Shown here in pieces: positions 1 to 12,100 of a DNA stretch of 64,000 nt; positions within the stretch are counted from its first letter, which is position 1; the number at the start of each line of letters is the position of its first letter. Made by a program: the position numbers and the translations under genes. Source of the DNA: Microthyrium microscopicum (lineage: Eukaryota); the NCBI GenBank assembly GCA_010405405.1, contig MU004237.1, positions 1,313,345-1,377,344 of the forward strand, given 5' to 3'. The notes beneath the pieces were generated by a model. It was not told where the DNA came from. It worked only from the letters and a program-made list of their open reading frames with translations, and searched no databases.

Positions 1-409
1 TCAGAACATGTCTGATTGGTTGAGGTGCAACAGCAGAGGCGATGCGTGGATATGTGATAGTAATGGTTGGCACTGTGGTACCCTGTACGGTCTGCCATCT
101 ACTTGGAAAAACTCTCACAATCCTCGTCTTTGTGAGCTCGTTCTCCTATCCACTTTCAGCCAGGAAGAAGTTACGCCAGCAGACATCAATGCGCATCGAC
201 TAAGTCTTCCACTTGATTATCCATCAAGTGATGACTATTACAATGAAATATTCGACACATCTCATTACAAATACACAGACTGCTGGGCTCACAACATTAT
301 ACTTGTTGAATGGAATGGGAATTTGGCGATGCGAGTTGCTGTTGGACAGATTCATGTTGATGCTTGGGTAACTCTAGAAACTTCTACTAAGATGATACCA
401 CTGGTGTGA
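1..409 (+). CDS. 3' end of a gene running in from the left edge; C-terminus resembles that of fungal HET-domain proteins
   Basis: ORF ends ...WAHNIILVEWNGNLAMRVAVGQIHVDAW..., similar to the hydrophobic-EW-x-G-xx-A-x-R-xxx-G-x-I-xxx-AW tail common in HET-domain proteins. The HET domain itself is not in the window. Confidence 0.45.
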   Translation, partial: QNMSDWLRCNSRGDAWICDSNGWHCGTLYGLPSTWKNSHNPRLCELVLLSTFSQEEVTPADINAHRLSLPLDYPSSDDYYNEIFDTSHYKYTDCWAHNIILVEWNGNLAMRVAVGQIHVDAWVTLETSTKMIPLV

Positions 410-517
410 AGGTCTTTCGGGGTGTGCTATCTCACATTGTATCTAGAAAAAAAAAAGGTTGTCCGTGTGCCCATCTAGTGCTTCAATGGGCTTCCTGTAT
501 CAAATCCCTGTATCGAA

Positions 518-1334
518 TTATCTCAGAAGCTCAGCCCCTAAAACTCCTAAAGCCAGATCCTATTATCACGGCACGTAATGAGGCAGATCTGAGTTTTAGG
601 GTCTAAGACTACATCGCGCCTTTTATTAGTAGAAACGCTTTGAAACACAACAACTTTGGCTCATTAACACTTTATCAACAACAACTTATTATTCTTTAAA
701 ATTAAGATGCACAAAAAGCTCTTAAACTTAGCTTCTTAATACTATTTATAGCTTCTTTATTAGCCTATTATTAAGCTTAGAATCCTCCTTAAGAATCTAT
801 GTTTTAATTCTATGTTGCCTAGAACTAGAAAATTAATAATTCTTTAAACTAATATAACTCTACTACCTTTCTAAATTTAAGTTTTTTAGTATTTATTTTA
901 GATTTTTTAGAATAAGGTAAATAATTATAGGCGTAAAAAAAATATTAAAATTTTAGTTATTATAGAGCTTTAGGGAGTTAGTAAATTATAGAATTATAAG
1001 TATTTAGAGTATTTTTTAGCCTTATCTTTAGTAACTTATATAGCTATATAGAGTTAAGTAATAAAAACGAAATTATAATAGTTATAAAGCGACGTTATTA
1101 AAGTATTTTTAGTTAAGCTTAGCTTTTTAAAATAAAGCTTTATTATTAAGATAAACCTATTTAAATATAAAAGCTTATAAGGCTATAAGCGTTCGTTCTA
1201 ATAAATTCCGCGATCTAATCCTAGACTATTAGATCGCGGTAATAAAGGAAGGTTAGTATTAGTCCTAAAAGGGAAGAAGCTAATCTAAATTAGGATACTA
1301 TAAGCGATCATAACAGTCTGGGTTTCTGAGATAA
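518..1334. mobile_element. Non-autonomous, RIP-degraded TIR DNA transposon with 8-bp TSD (hAT-like)
   Basis: 17-bp TIRs: ttatctcagaagctcag (518-534) versus ttatctcagaaacccag, the reverse complement of 1318-1334 (15/17). Identical GTATCGAA flanks both ends (510-517, 1335-1342). Interior is AT-rich, TpA-rich and CpA-poor. Confidence 0.85.
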
Positions 1335-1680
1335 GTATCGAAGCTCACCCCTGCATTAGGATTCAGCATACTTTCCATCAAATCCCACTACACAACCTTT
1401 TATATCAGGCTATGGGTACCCGGTTTAGATCATTCGTATGTCGTCCACTACTTATAGAGGCCCATACTCGATGGCTCACAAGAACAGACATCGTAGTACT
1501 CGTGTGAAATGCTTAGCTACGTGGGACTTGGTATCGAACTTACTATATTCCTTCCCTTCTTCCTTTTCGTAAGTCAAATAGTGAATTTGAGATACTTGTA
1601 CTCACATGAATAGTTCTTTTACACCCTCTTCCGTATTGTTCCAGCATTAGCAGTGGTCATAGAACAGGAGACCCATACTT

Positions 1681-2679
1681 ATGCTCCAGTGTCCCTCACA
1701 GACAGACATCTATAGCAATGATCCATCCCGTCAATCTCCTCAGCCAAACTCCTTCACTCGCGGCCTGAGTCTGTTTTCCACGATCAGCCAGCTTCTATCT
1801 CTTCGCACCAGTTACAATAGCCCCATAGTTCTCGCTCGTGCCGTGCCAACTATCGCAGCACTCACAAACCCAAACGCCACACCTCCTATTCGCATAGATG
1901 TATACACCACTGCGTCTGCTTCCGAGGCCACCGAGCCTGGCTTCTTTGGCGGCGGCATAACTTTGCGACCTATGATATCCCAGATGCTCTCTTTACGCAC
2001 CCGCTTCGACTCTCCACTCACCTTGTTCCGAGGCTTTGGCATATTTGCTTCACTCGCCATCATCGAGCTTACTATCGCGGTCCTTACCATGGCTTTCTTG
2101 CCCATTCCGCTAGCTATAGTGCTGCAGATCATTTTGCCGCTCCCCCTTATTCAATTGTACGCCCTTTGGACTCACACGGTACTTACCGTCCCCTCCAGCC
2201 GCTGGTTCTGGCAATGCATTCAGCCCTTCTTGCCGACCTGGCGCGCAACTGCCCCTGCACTCGCAATCTCGCTGACCTGTCGTACAATCTTCCGTGTCGC
2301 GCTTGTGCAGTCATTCGGCGTCAATGAACACCTTGCTCGGCGTGAAGACGCGCCGCCGCGCAAATGGATGCTTGTATGCGTGATTCTGGCGGCCCTGGCA
2401 GGTGTGCCTGCACACCTGGTGCTAATCCGCATACAAGCTTGTCTGCTGCCGTTAGATGAGACACCGGCGATACCAATTGATGCATCAATTATCATGGTAG
2501 GAAAGGGCGGAGAATCTGAAGCATTAGGCATGAAGGAGGCTTTGACTACATTTGGAGCGAGATCATGGGCACGGCTGGTGCTGCTATATTTGCAGCTGTT
2601 TGCTGTAGTGGTGGTTGGTGGAGCGCCTATATTACTGCTGTTTTTCGTTTTCAATATTCTTTTTGTCCTTTTCAGGTAA
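1681..2679 (+). CDS. Uncharacterised multi-pass membrane protein (332 aa)
   Basis: Intronless ORF with 4-6 hydrophobic segments and an internally duplicated N-terminal motif; no catalytic motif recognised. Confidence 0.7.
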   Translation: MLQCPSQTDIYSNDPSRQSPQPNSFTRGLSLFSTISQLLSLRTSYNSPIVLARAVPTIAALTNPNATPPIRIDVYTTASASEATEPGFFGGGITLRPMISQMLSLRTRFDSPLTLFRGFGIFASLAIIELTIAVLTMAFLPIPLAIVLQIILPLPLIQLYALWTHTVLTVPSSRWFWQCIQPFLPTWRATAPALAISLTCRTIFRVALVQSFGVNEHLARREDAPPRKWMLVCVILAALAGVPAHLVLIRIQACLLPLDETPAIPIDASIIMVGKGGESEALGMKEALTTFGARSWARLVLLYLQLFAVVVVGGAPILLLFFVFNILFVLFR

Positions 2680-3505
2680 TGCAATGAAGCTGGGCCTTGA
2701 GGAACAGAAACTTTGCATCGCACACCATCAGCACAGACATATTCAATGGTTGAATGTCAATGAGACAATCTCTAAAGAAGGAGGAATCCTGGGCGGAATC
2801 TTTGTATAGTAGTCAATTGACATATGGCTCGTGTACTCTGTACTATTGAATCTCACGGACTTGATGACCAATGTGCTTCAGTGCTTCGATTTCACTACTC
2901 TCAAGGGAGAGCCCGCTCAATTTAATTGTATGGACGACTTCTCATCAAGGGATCGGTGACTTTTTCGCTAAGCCGTCAATCATACTCTCTACAAGTCACT
3001 TGTCTTCAGTTTGTCAGTGCAGTGTGAACCTTACTCATGCATGTCACAGGCTGCTTGACAACCACTGTCAGCCAGCTCCTCTGATATTGCATTTCGCTGA
3101 CACTATCTGGATCATGCTCTGCACAAGTTGCTTGTCGTGGATATCTCGGCATCTATACGACTGTTCGTGCGCTTTCCTCATTTCAGAGCTTAGTTCAGTT
3201 ACCTAACAGTTCACTTGCACCGGTCGCCTAATGTTATACTCTGCTATACGTCTTAATTTTACTCTCTTGTCTTTGCGCTATCAGTGCAAGTGATAGTGCG
3301 TACTTAACACATTACTCATGAAATGAGCCTAATCTGTGCTTTGAAGTCTCTGAGGTACATTATATCTCAACGTCTGCGACCACCTAATGCCATTTCTTCA
3401 TCTCACACCTATATCGCTTTCAAAATATTCTGGTGTCAAGGCTTCACACTCGTTCAGTCAGCACTATAGATACCTTCATTGCAACAGCACAGTTTGCAGC
3501 CCATC

Positions 3506-4369
3506 ATGAAGCTCTATACTACTCTGCTGGTTGCGACCTTCCTTACGTTGGTAACGTGCCTTGATGATTCATTTCAACCTCCAGCAGGGCACCTGCTCTG
3601 CGGCAATTGGAACCAAACGGTTTCTCCTACTGTCAAGACCATCGCAAGCCAAGTGCACCAGAAGTTTCTCAAACTCCCAGACCACCGCGAATGGAATGAG
3701 ACAGTCGTCGTTCAGGCGAATCTCAACGTTGTCACCACTCCAGATGGATGGGGTAAAGTCAGCACCGACAATATCATAAAGCAGGTCCAGGCCATCAACA
3801 CAGCCTTTGCACCCATCGGCTTTCGCTTCGATATCCGCACCGCCACGCGCTGGAACAACAGTCAGTGGGGCATTAACAAGAACACTCAGTACATGCAAAG
3901 CAGCTCACGTAAAGGCGGCTACGACACTCTCAACCTATGGTACATCTCTGATATGGGTATACCAAGCGTTGGCGGCGCCTGCACCGGACCTTCTGAAAAC
4001 GGAAACAGTCTGGATGGCTGTATTATTGCAGCTTGGTTGTTGCCCCAAGCTGGAGGATCAGTGCCAAATTACAGCAAAGGCTTTGCGACAGTCCATGAAA
4101 TAGGCCATTGGCTCGGCCTGATGCATGTTTGGGGACATGATGAATCGCCAACTTGCGACAGAGACACAGACAATGTGGCAGACACGCCAGTTCAACTGAC
4201 TCCTTCTTGGGTTTGCGACAAGCCCAAGGACTCTTGTCCAAATCAGCCCGGTTTGGACTCGGTGCATAATTATATGGATTATGTGAACGACGATTGCGCC
4301 AGTGAGTTCACGATTGGACAAGCAAATCTTATGCATGCTACTTTCAAGAGGCTGCGACAGGGAAAGTAG
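3506..4369 (+). CDS. Secreted M43 (pappalysin/MEP1-like) zinc metalloprotease
   Basis: Signal peptide MKLYTTLLVATFLTLVTC from ATG 3506; zinc motif HEIGHWLGLMH; DNVADTP; Met-turn HNYMDY; FTxGQ. Confidence 0.93.
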   Translation: MKLYTTLLVATFLTLVTCLDDSFQPPAGHLLCGNWNQTVSPTVKTIASQVHQKFLKLPDHREWNETVVVQANLNVVTTPDGWGKVSTDNIIKQVQAINTAFAPIGFRFDIRTATRWNNSQWGINKNTQYMQSSSRKGGYDTLNLWYISDMGIPSVGGACTGPSENGNSLDGCIIAAWLLPQAGGSVPNYSKGFATVHEIGHWLGLMHVWGHDESPTCDRDTDNVADTPVQLTPSWVCDKPKDSCPNQPGLDSVHNYMDYVNDDCASEFTIGQANLMHATFKRLRQGK

Positions 4370-4373
4370 CCCA

Positions 4374-4948
4374 CTGTTATGACGGCTCATAACGGCCACC
4401 CTGGCCAGTTTAGCAAAACCAAAAAGTACAAAATCTATGTATTCACAAATCAATTATTTACAATATAAATACTATATTTTTAGACAATCTGAAGAAGCCA
4501 AATTGTAAGTTAAATTTTGCTTGATTTTTTAAAGCTTGAAATCACTAGCTAATTACGGTTGTTTATGTTGAAATTTTAATCTATGAAATCTATGCATCTT
4601 TTTAACGTTTTGGGAGCGCATAAGGAGTTACTAATTTAGGAGCGCTCACTTACTAACTTAGGAGGGGTTCCTTTACTAACTTAGAGGTATCTTGTTAAGC
4701 TCCACTTTTTGCTAAAAAGTAAAAAACATTAATAATTATAAAGTTCTACTACTCGTGTTGAAATACATAAATATAATATTTTGAGATATAGCAAAAATAT
4801 AGAAAAATTTAACTTACTATTTAGCTTTTTTAGAATCCTTAAATTTGGGCTCTTTGTGGTGTAAATAATTGATTTGTAAATACACAGATTTTTGGATTTT
4901 AGATTTTGGTGAAGTGGCCAGGGTGGCCATTATGAGCCGTCATAACTG
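4374..4948. mobile_element. MITE with long (about 160 bp) imperfect TIRs, Tc1/mariner-type ends
   Basis: Left ctgttatgacggctcataacggccaccctggcca... matches the reverse complement of the right end cagttatgacggctcataatggccaccctggcca..., with similarity extending to gtaagttaaatttt. Right flank is TA, left flank CA. AT-rich core with three ttactaa(c/t)ttag repeats (about 4628-4684). Confidence 0.88.
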
Positions 4949-5296
4949 TACCATAATTTGATCCTTTCAGATCTTGAGATTATGACATTTTTGAGCTTGA
5001 ATGTTCTGTCGAAGGTAGACAATATGAATGATTTGTGGCTTGTCAGCCTTCCAGTAGATTAATTGACTATTTGAACCTATTTCAATATCTCCAGAGATTT
5101 TTCGTGTGATGTTGACTGAGTTGGAAGTTGGATTGGTGGTTGAGTTTGTCTCAAGCTTCCATAAATCTTCGCAAGATCTGGGTCAATGACTTCATCAAAC
5201 TAACTCTCCGACGACTCCTCAACCACTTCAATCATCGACACTTCAGATATTTCTATCATGCATTAGCATCTAAACTCGCCCACATAAGCATTCACA

Positions 5297-6319
5297 ATGG
5301 AGAAACTTCCAGCTGCCCCCAAGTCCGAGCAAACTCCTCTTCTCGGCGACGATTATGTCACCATAGACATCCCGAACAAAGAAGACCACCACGGATCCAG
5401 CTTCAATATCTTCGGACAATCAGCGTAAGAATTGCCATCAGAATCTCTTCTAAATCAAGTAATAACTCATCGCAGCGGCTGGGGCGACTGGACAGCAGTC
5501 GACGACCGCGTTCGCGGAGGCAGTTCACAGGTAATTTCCACTCCCATCAACCACCATCCAGCCCCAAACTAACAGTCTCCTCAGTCCCATCTAACCCACT
5601 ACGCAGACAGCAAGTCCGTACTCTTCCACGGCCTTCTCGACATCACCACCCTCGGCGGCGCCGGTTTCGCCAGCCAAGTTTCACAGCGCTCCGACTGGGA
5701 CCTCAGCGGCTACGAAGCCATTCGGATTGGCATTCTGCCTGAGCAATCAGACAGTAAGTCCCATCCCTACCGCGGCTAGCAACAATCAAAAACCAGAGTA
5801 ACAAGCTGACAAAAATACACCGACAGACAAGACATACACCCTCGTCCTAAAAGACGCTCTTCCAGGCCGCCGACCAGACGGCCGACTGGAAGCAAGCACC
5901 TCCTGGGAATGTATGTTCAAAGCACCAAAGCCATCTCAAGGAAAGGTACAGTATGTGACACTTCGGCTCAAGGACTTTAAGGCTACATATCGTGGTCGCA
6001 AGATTGATGACCGCCCGCCGCTGAAAGTGGAGGCGATCAAACAGATTAGCTTGATGATGAGAAGGTACGTCCAAGGAGTTGGTTGAACGGCCATGCTGAA
6101 GAAATTATGAAAATGAAGCTAATGCGGAGGTACAGTAACTTTGGGAAGCAAGAGGGTCATTTTCGACTGGGTATTGCGTCCATGTCGGCTCATACGAAAG
6201 AAGATGTGCCAGCTGAAATGACAGTACTTGTAGAGGCAATCGTGCGGGTGGGACTAACTGCACTTGCCATGTGGATGATATGGTACTCCTGGCAGTCCTT
6301 GGTATTGCCTGAGGAATAA
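5297..6319 (+). CDS. CIA30/NDUFAF1-domain protein with C-terminal hydrophobic anchor (spliced, about 5 exons; mostly missed by the ORF track)
   Basis: Spliced reading gives WTAVDDRVRGGSSQSHL, LDITTLGGAGFASQ, WDLSGY, KTYTLVLKD, FKATYRGR, ISLMMRSNFGKQEGHF. Introns have GT donors, CTAAC-like branch sites and CAG acceptors. Confidence 0.85.
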
Positions 6320-7249
6320 GAAGGCTTCAAGAGAGCCAAGCTTTGTACCAAGCAATTGGAATAAGGAGAGTTCAGATGAAAAGGGAACTCAATTAATCCG
6401 TGGTGGCTATCATCCGGGAGCACTTCTACTCATCAACACCCACAATTAGACCAAAATAGAAAAGTTCAAAGATGTATGCAAACGATTGACCATGATATTG
6501 ATTATCCTAGCGTCTCTGTTTCAAAAAGACCAGCCAAACTCACTTAATCATTACAATACAAGGCATTGAAACAATTATGGTTCTGTCCATCATCAAAAGT
6601 TGAACCCCCAGTCCCAGCACCGACGCAAAATCCAAAAATGAAGCAAACCTTCAATAAATGACATACAAGAAGAGATGTTTTTCAATTAAGGAGTTCAAGG
6701 ACCCTATTCCTTTGCCAAATCCTTCGATCAGAAACAGTAAACGACGGACGGTCTGAAAATTCACACAAACTTTTTGTCGCATAAAATGGTACAACCACCC
6801 TCATCCGTTCGGTCTTGTTTGTAGTTGTATGTGGGCCCTGATTAGAATTCCACCACCTCCCGAGAAGGTCATTATCCGGGAGTTATTAAAGATTATATGA
6901 AATAAGAGGTGACAAAGGAGAAGAACGCCAGGTGTTGTAGACACCTATCCGTGAATAAGGCTCCAGAAGGAGAATGAAGTTGTGTAAGTTGAATAGAAAA
7001 GCAGTAGGCTACGAGAATGTGACACGTCAAGTCGTGAGAGGATATCTTCCCAGGTTCCGATAACGCCTTAAAGTCCCAAGAGTGTTGCTTTGCCAGCGCG
7101 AAAACGTGGCAGCATGGCTATGGAAGGGAAACAAAGTCCCAGATTATTCGTAGTATCGGGTGTTTCTGCGCTGATTATAGCAGCAATACATGAATCGTGT
7201 TCCAATGGTGGAGAGAAAAGTACAGCATAGATGGTAGCAATCTGACAGT

Positions 7250-9149
7250 CTATGGGAAGTGGCCAGTTGATGTGGGCGACGGTGTAGAGCCAGGGTCATT
7301 GGGAAGTCGTGGTGAATGCTGGAATCCAGGCGTATTGAAGCCAAACGTTTGCTGCGTGGGAGGCGCGGAGTAGGGCTGGGCCCATTGTATGTTGCTATAT
7401 GATGGCACGAGGATGACTTGCTGTGATGCTGGATACGTAATGTTGGGTATCATTGTCTGTGTTAAGGGTGCGGAAGGAGGTGGTGTCTGTGAGTCGAAAA
7501 GGTTTTGCGCAAATGCTGCCACAGCAGGGGATCGCTGAGCTGGAGTAGATGGCTTTTGTATCCGGCACGCGTTATTTTGAGACGACTTTATACGTCGTAG
7601 GGCCTGCTCTGGGGTTCCAAGGAAGGGTGATCTTGGTGAAAGTGGCATACCAGCTGTATAAGAGTTGTTTCGGCCCATTGGGTTTTTTGAGCCAAGACCA
7701 AGAGCTGCTGGAGCTGCTTTGCGACGTCTATCAGCAATAGAGGTCAGCGGGGTCCTTGATTTGCCGATGAAGAGGTTGTTCTCTGGTGGAGGCATTTCCA
7801 TCTTTTCCGAGTCTGCAAGATTGGGCAGTGACACTGAGCTAGTGTTATATTTCAAGTCATTCGACTGTTGTGGTGAAAGGAAGGAAGGATCCGAAATGGG
7901 TTGCACTGAAAAGTCCGTCGTGGTAACGGACGGCATGGTAGATCTGGTAGTCGATAGAACAGAAGCTGGCGAGCTATGATGATCAGCGAAACTAGCCATT
8001 GTTGGTGTGCTGGCAACTGAATACTCCAGGCTTCCAAAATCAGAGAAGCATGTCTCGGGCAAAGGTGGATGGTGATAATAATCACACTCAGATGCAGCGA
8101 TTGTTGGTTCAGTAGAAACGTATGTTGTTGTCGGGCGAGGAGCAACGTAAGATCCAAGTATATCAAACGAGTCGGCGAAAGGATGTGGTGACTGCGAGCC
8201 CGAAGATAGTGGTGGAGTATCGTTGCGTGGTTCTTGGGGGTATTGAGCAACATTAGCCAAGCTTTCAACCGAGAAGAGTGTATGATCGGAAGTGGACTCC
8301 ATTGCGCTCACAGGCATTTGAAGGTGATGCATAAAATGATCTTGTGCGCTGAATTGTGATGGCAGAGCATAACGTTGCATTGGTGGATAATTGGTGAAAT
8401 GAGGCAGGAACTCGCTCATATCCGGAGCAGACGTGGGCATCGAAGGGTCATGCTCTTGCTTTGGAGAAGCTTCGTGTGGCAGACTAGATTGAGTTGGGGT
8501 GCTTGAAGACTCGGAGACAGCAGGTTGAGAAGCAGAACCAGAATCGGAAGTGTTTGTGGCTTCTTCCAGAGGTATTTCATCGGTCGACGGGGGAGGTGGA
8601 TCACCTCTTTCGATAGCAGCTTGAGTTTTCTTCTCGTCTTGTCTTGATTTGGCGCGTCGATTTTGAAACCAGTTCTACTCGCAGGTTAGCAATTGAAGCA
8701 TCAATTATGTCAAAAACTTACGTTGATCTTTTCTACCGGCACAGCCATTCTCATGGCGATCTGTTTCTTGGTCGCTGTGGATGGCTTTCGCTCGGCTCTG
8801 AAGTGAGACTCGAGTAGAAACCATTGATCCCGAGTAAGCCTCTGCAGAATAGTTAGACACCAACGAAATCATAAGAAAACAACAGTGTATATACCTGGTT
8901 CGTCTGGGGATGCATGGCGCCCATTGGCAAAGTAGTCATATGAACTGGTATTTGACCATTTTCGTAGTATCCGAATGGCATATTTGGATCCTGGAAGTAG
9001 CCGGGATCGATAAACTGTTCAGGGAATTGCTTGGGAAATTGTTCGGGATAGTGTTCAGCATATTGGCCGATGAACTGCTCAGGGATGTCTCCATATCCCT
9101 CCTGACCCCAGTTTGACCCAATGGGAGGTCCGTCTCTCATTGAAGTCAT
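7250..9149 (-). CDS. Homeobox transcription factor, HbxA/Hbx1/Htf1-like (3 exons)
   Basis: Spliced homeodomain RLTRDQWFLLESHFRAERKPSTATKKQIAMRMAVPVEKIN/NWFQNRRAK. C-terminal motifs IADRRRKAAPAAL, LRRIKS, AQRSP and SAPPTQ resemble this orthogroup. Joins in frame to ORF 7250..8440. Confidence 0.88.
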
Positions 9150-12100
9150 GATTAAGAATTAGTGTAGAGGATTAGAAATAGCGAAGTGGTGACCTAAGGA
9201 GGTCAGATCTTGTGCAACGACTGTGTGATGTTGATGATAGTAGTGCCGATAGCGAATGACGGCAGCAAATATGTTGTAAAAACGAGCAGTATTGAAGAAG
9301 CGGATATTAGATTTTGGAAGGCAACATGGAGAAGCAGACTGGAACAAGGCGGCAAAGCACTCAAAGAGGAACGTGCCTGTAAGATGGTTGGGAAGGAGTT
9401 GGGTCAAAGCAGGCTGAAAAAGCGAAAGATATCAGCCAACTTGACGAAACCGGAGCGACCGTGATTTGGAGAGGGATAATGGAAAGATTTGAAGAAGAAG
9501 AAAGAGAAGAAGAGAAGAGGAAGGGATGGAAGATGATGCGTGAGAGACGGGAAGGATGGGAAGGATGGGGTGGAGGAGGGAAGGCTTCAAGGGGAAAAGA
9601 TCCGACGAACAAGAAGGCGTGGAGCAAGCAGAAAGTGGATCTCTGGGCCCTGCACACTCTCTGAGATTCTCACGGGGGGATGGAGCATCTTGACGGGCTG
9701 GACAGTGACTGGCAGACTCAACACTGGCGTGACTACTGGGTCCAACCGGGTCCAGTCTGGCAAAGGCACCAACTGGCAACTGGCAGCAGCTGGCAGTTGT
9801 TGAGAGCTGGGGCGGCGTAGCGGGTGGGCGGTGCTGGCGTCCAAACATCCATTCAGAGCCAGCGGAAGGGCGCGCGATGAGGCGGAGGATGGCAACACCT
9901 GCAAGACCTGCAAGACCTGTAACATCTTTGGTGCGCTTGCAGACTTGCAGACCACTCTCTACAACTTTTCAGAATCCTACATCATACCCTACACTGTCCC
10001 TCGCGGCTTGGACGTACCTGTGACCACAACTCTAGAATACTACGCTGCGCCTGTGGTATTGCGAACTTGTTGATGTGCAGCAAGATGCAGCTCACGCCTC
10101 TCCCTGCCTGTCCTGATCATGCTCCCTGTAATCTGCAATCGGTTGCGCACGACGGAGCAGCAGAAGCACTGCAAATTTGCTTCTCCGCCCTTGCCAGCTT
10201 CCTACTGCTCTACTCGACTTGAAAGTTTGGTACTCCTTCAGCCTTGAATGGCAGAAAGGCACCAGACAGCGCAAATTTTGAAAGAAATCTTCAAAGTACG
10301 GCTCTGGAGCCGACGATAACGATTAGAGTACGACCGAAACCCAGAACGAGCTGAGGTCTGAAGATTTATTCCGATCTCAGGATGGTCTGAGCATATTCAG
10401 CCTAAGGTCACACGAAACACTGAAGCTTCGTCAACATATTTAGTTGATCTTGATTCGGAAATTTCATAGAGCGTTGAGAAGCAATTCCAAAGTCTGTTCG
10501 TAGGCATGAGCGCATCACCGCGAAATTACAGTGATAGCACTTGTGCATTGGTGCTCATGCCGAGTCAAGACTGAAAGGTAGTTATTTCCCGCAAGCTCAG
10601 ATGGAGAGGCTCATGGACCGGACATTTGCAGATTGTCCACATCCTACAACGGCGACCAAATCCTAGAGTACCAGGTGCAAGGTACGATATCTTAGTACAG
10701 AGTACTAAGCCCATGATCGGGCAAACCACCATCGCCCCAGGAACTTTTTTCGGAGGATGTGAGCTTTGGAAGACCAATCAGTGTCGAGACAAATTCGGGC
10801 CGAATCACAACAGGCCACTGCAAGTCTTACCAAGGCTGTACTGGGTGATGTTCTAGTTTATATTCCTTAATCGGGCGACCTCTTTGGGCACGCCAGAGAG
10901 GCCGGCAGAGGCTCATCCAAACTGTTCATGTCATGGCGTTGGCCCCGGCGGGTGACCCAACGGTCCCAAACTGTCGCATTTGCCAATGTATGAGCTCTCT
11001 AAGGCTGGGACATTCTTGATAGATTCATGGAAATGTCGACAGGCATGCCATGAGGCATATTAGCCACGGGACTGGCTTCCTAGAAACCCAGGTCTCAAGG
11101 GAGAGCAAAGCAGCAAAACCAACAGGTGCGGTAGTGGCAAGGAAAAGCCAAGATAATCATCGCAGTTGTGCAGTGGGTGAGCTGCAGCAAGTCTAAATTT
11201 GGCGCTGGACAGCTGCAGACTGCGGGCAATGCAGGTCTTTGTCAGGGGTCAACATCAGCCGAACCTGTCAAAACTGCTTGTTCTACAACCTGACAGCTGA
11301 TCATCGTGTTGGTTCCAGTTGTTGATGATAAACTCTCTCAAGTACTGGTACGTTGTTCCCCTCCAACATCCACTGATAATGGTCGACTTGTGCGGCCCGC
11401 ATGCGCTGTGTTGCTGTAACTTTTCATTTGTCAACGCCGCGTCAAATCCCATCCCCAAAACTTGCACCAGCAGGCCCAATCTCGGCCCACAGTGACACCA
11501 GTAGTAACCTCTGGTCCTGAATGCGCAAGCTGTTCCCCAAACACTTCTTGCAACTCTCTCGCTCCCGGCGGCTACTTGCATGATGTCTGTACCCATCATA
11601 CCACTCTGCTCTGCTTCAACGTTCACCACAAAGCTCCTTGGACGCCGCCGTCAACGACGGTAGCACGAAGGCGGGAGTGCGACCTCTTTCTTGAATGAGC
11701 CAATGTCGAGGAGAAACGGGGTCTAGTGTAGTTCGCGTTGGTTACGCGCTTCTCTGGAGACTGGCCCGAACGACTCCGCGTATCCCCTCCAGCTTTCCGA
11801 AGTGTCCACCCCACTCGCTAGGCTTGTTCGTACCATCAGACCTTTGATGCTGTGATCTCGGCCCCTGCCTTCAAAAGAGCTGTACAGATTTAATGTTCCG
11901 CAAGCTTTTTGCGCAGAAGGAACAATCTGGTTCGCGTAAGAGCACAGAAAAGGGGTACCCAACACAAAGCCGGCTAATCAGGTGTCTTTGATGAGGAGGA
12001 TTTTTTGTCGCCGAAAAAGCATGATTGACAAAAACACGAGAGAACTTTCCTTGCCGGACCCTTTTTTTTTGTTATCCAGATTTCAGCGTCAAGAGAGTGG

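Noticed and set aside
5128..5742. 204-aa Arg-rich ORF
   Set aside because: Alternative frame over the spliced CIA30 gene.
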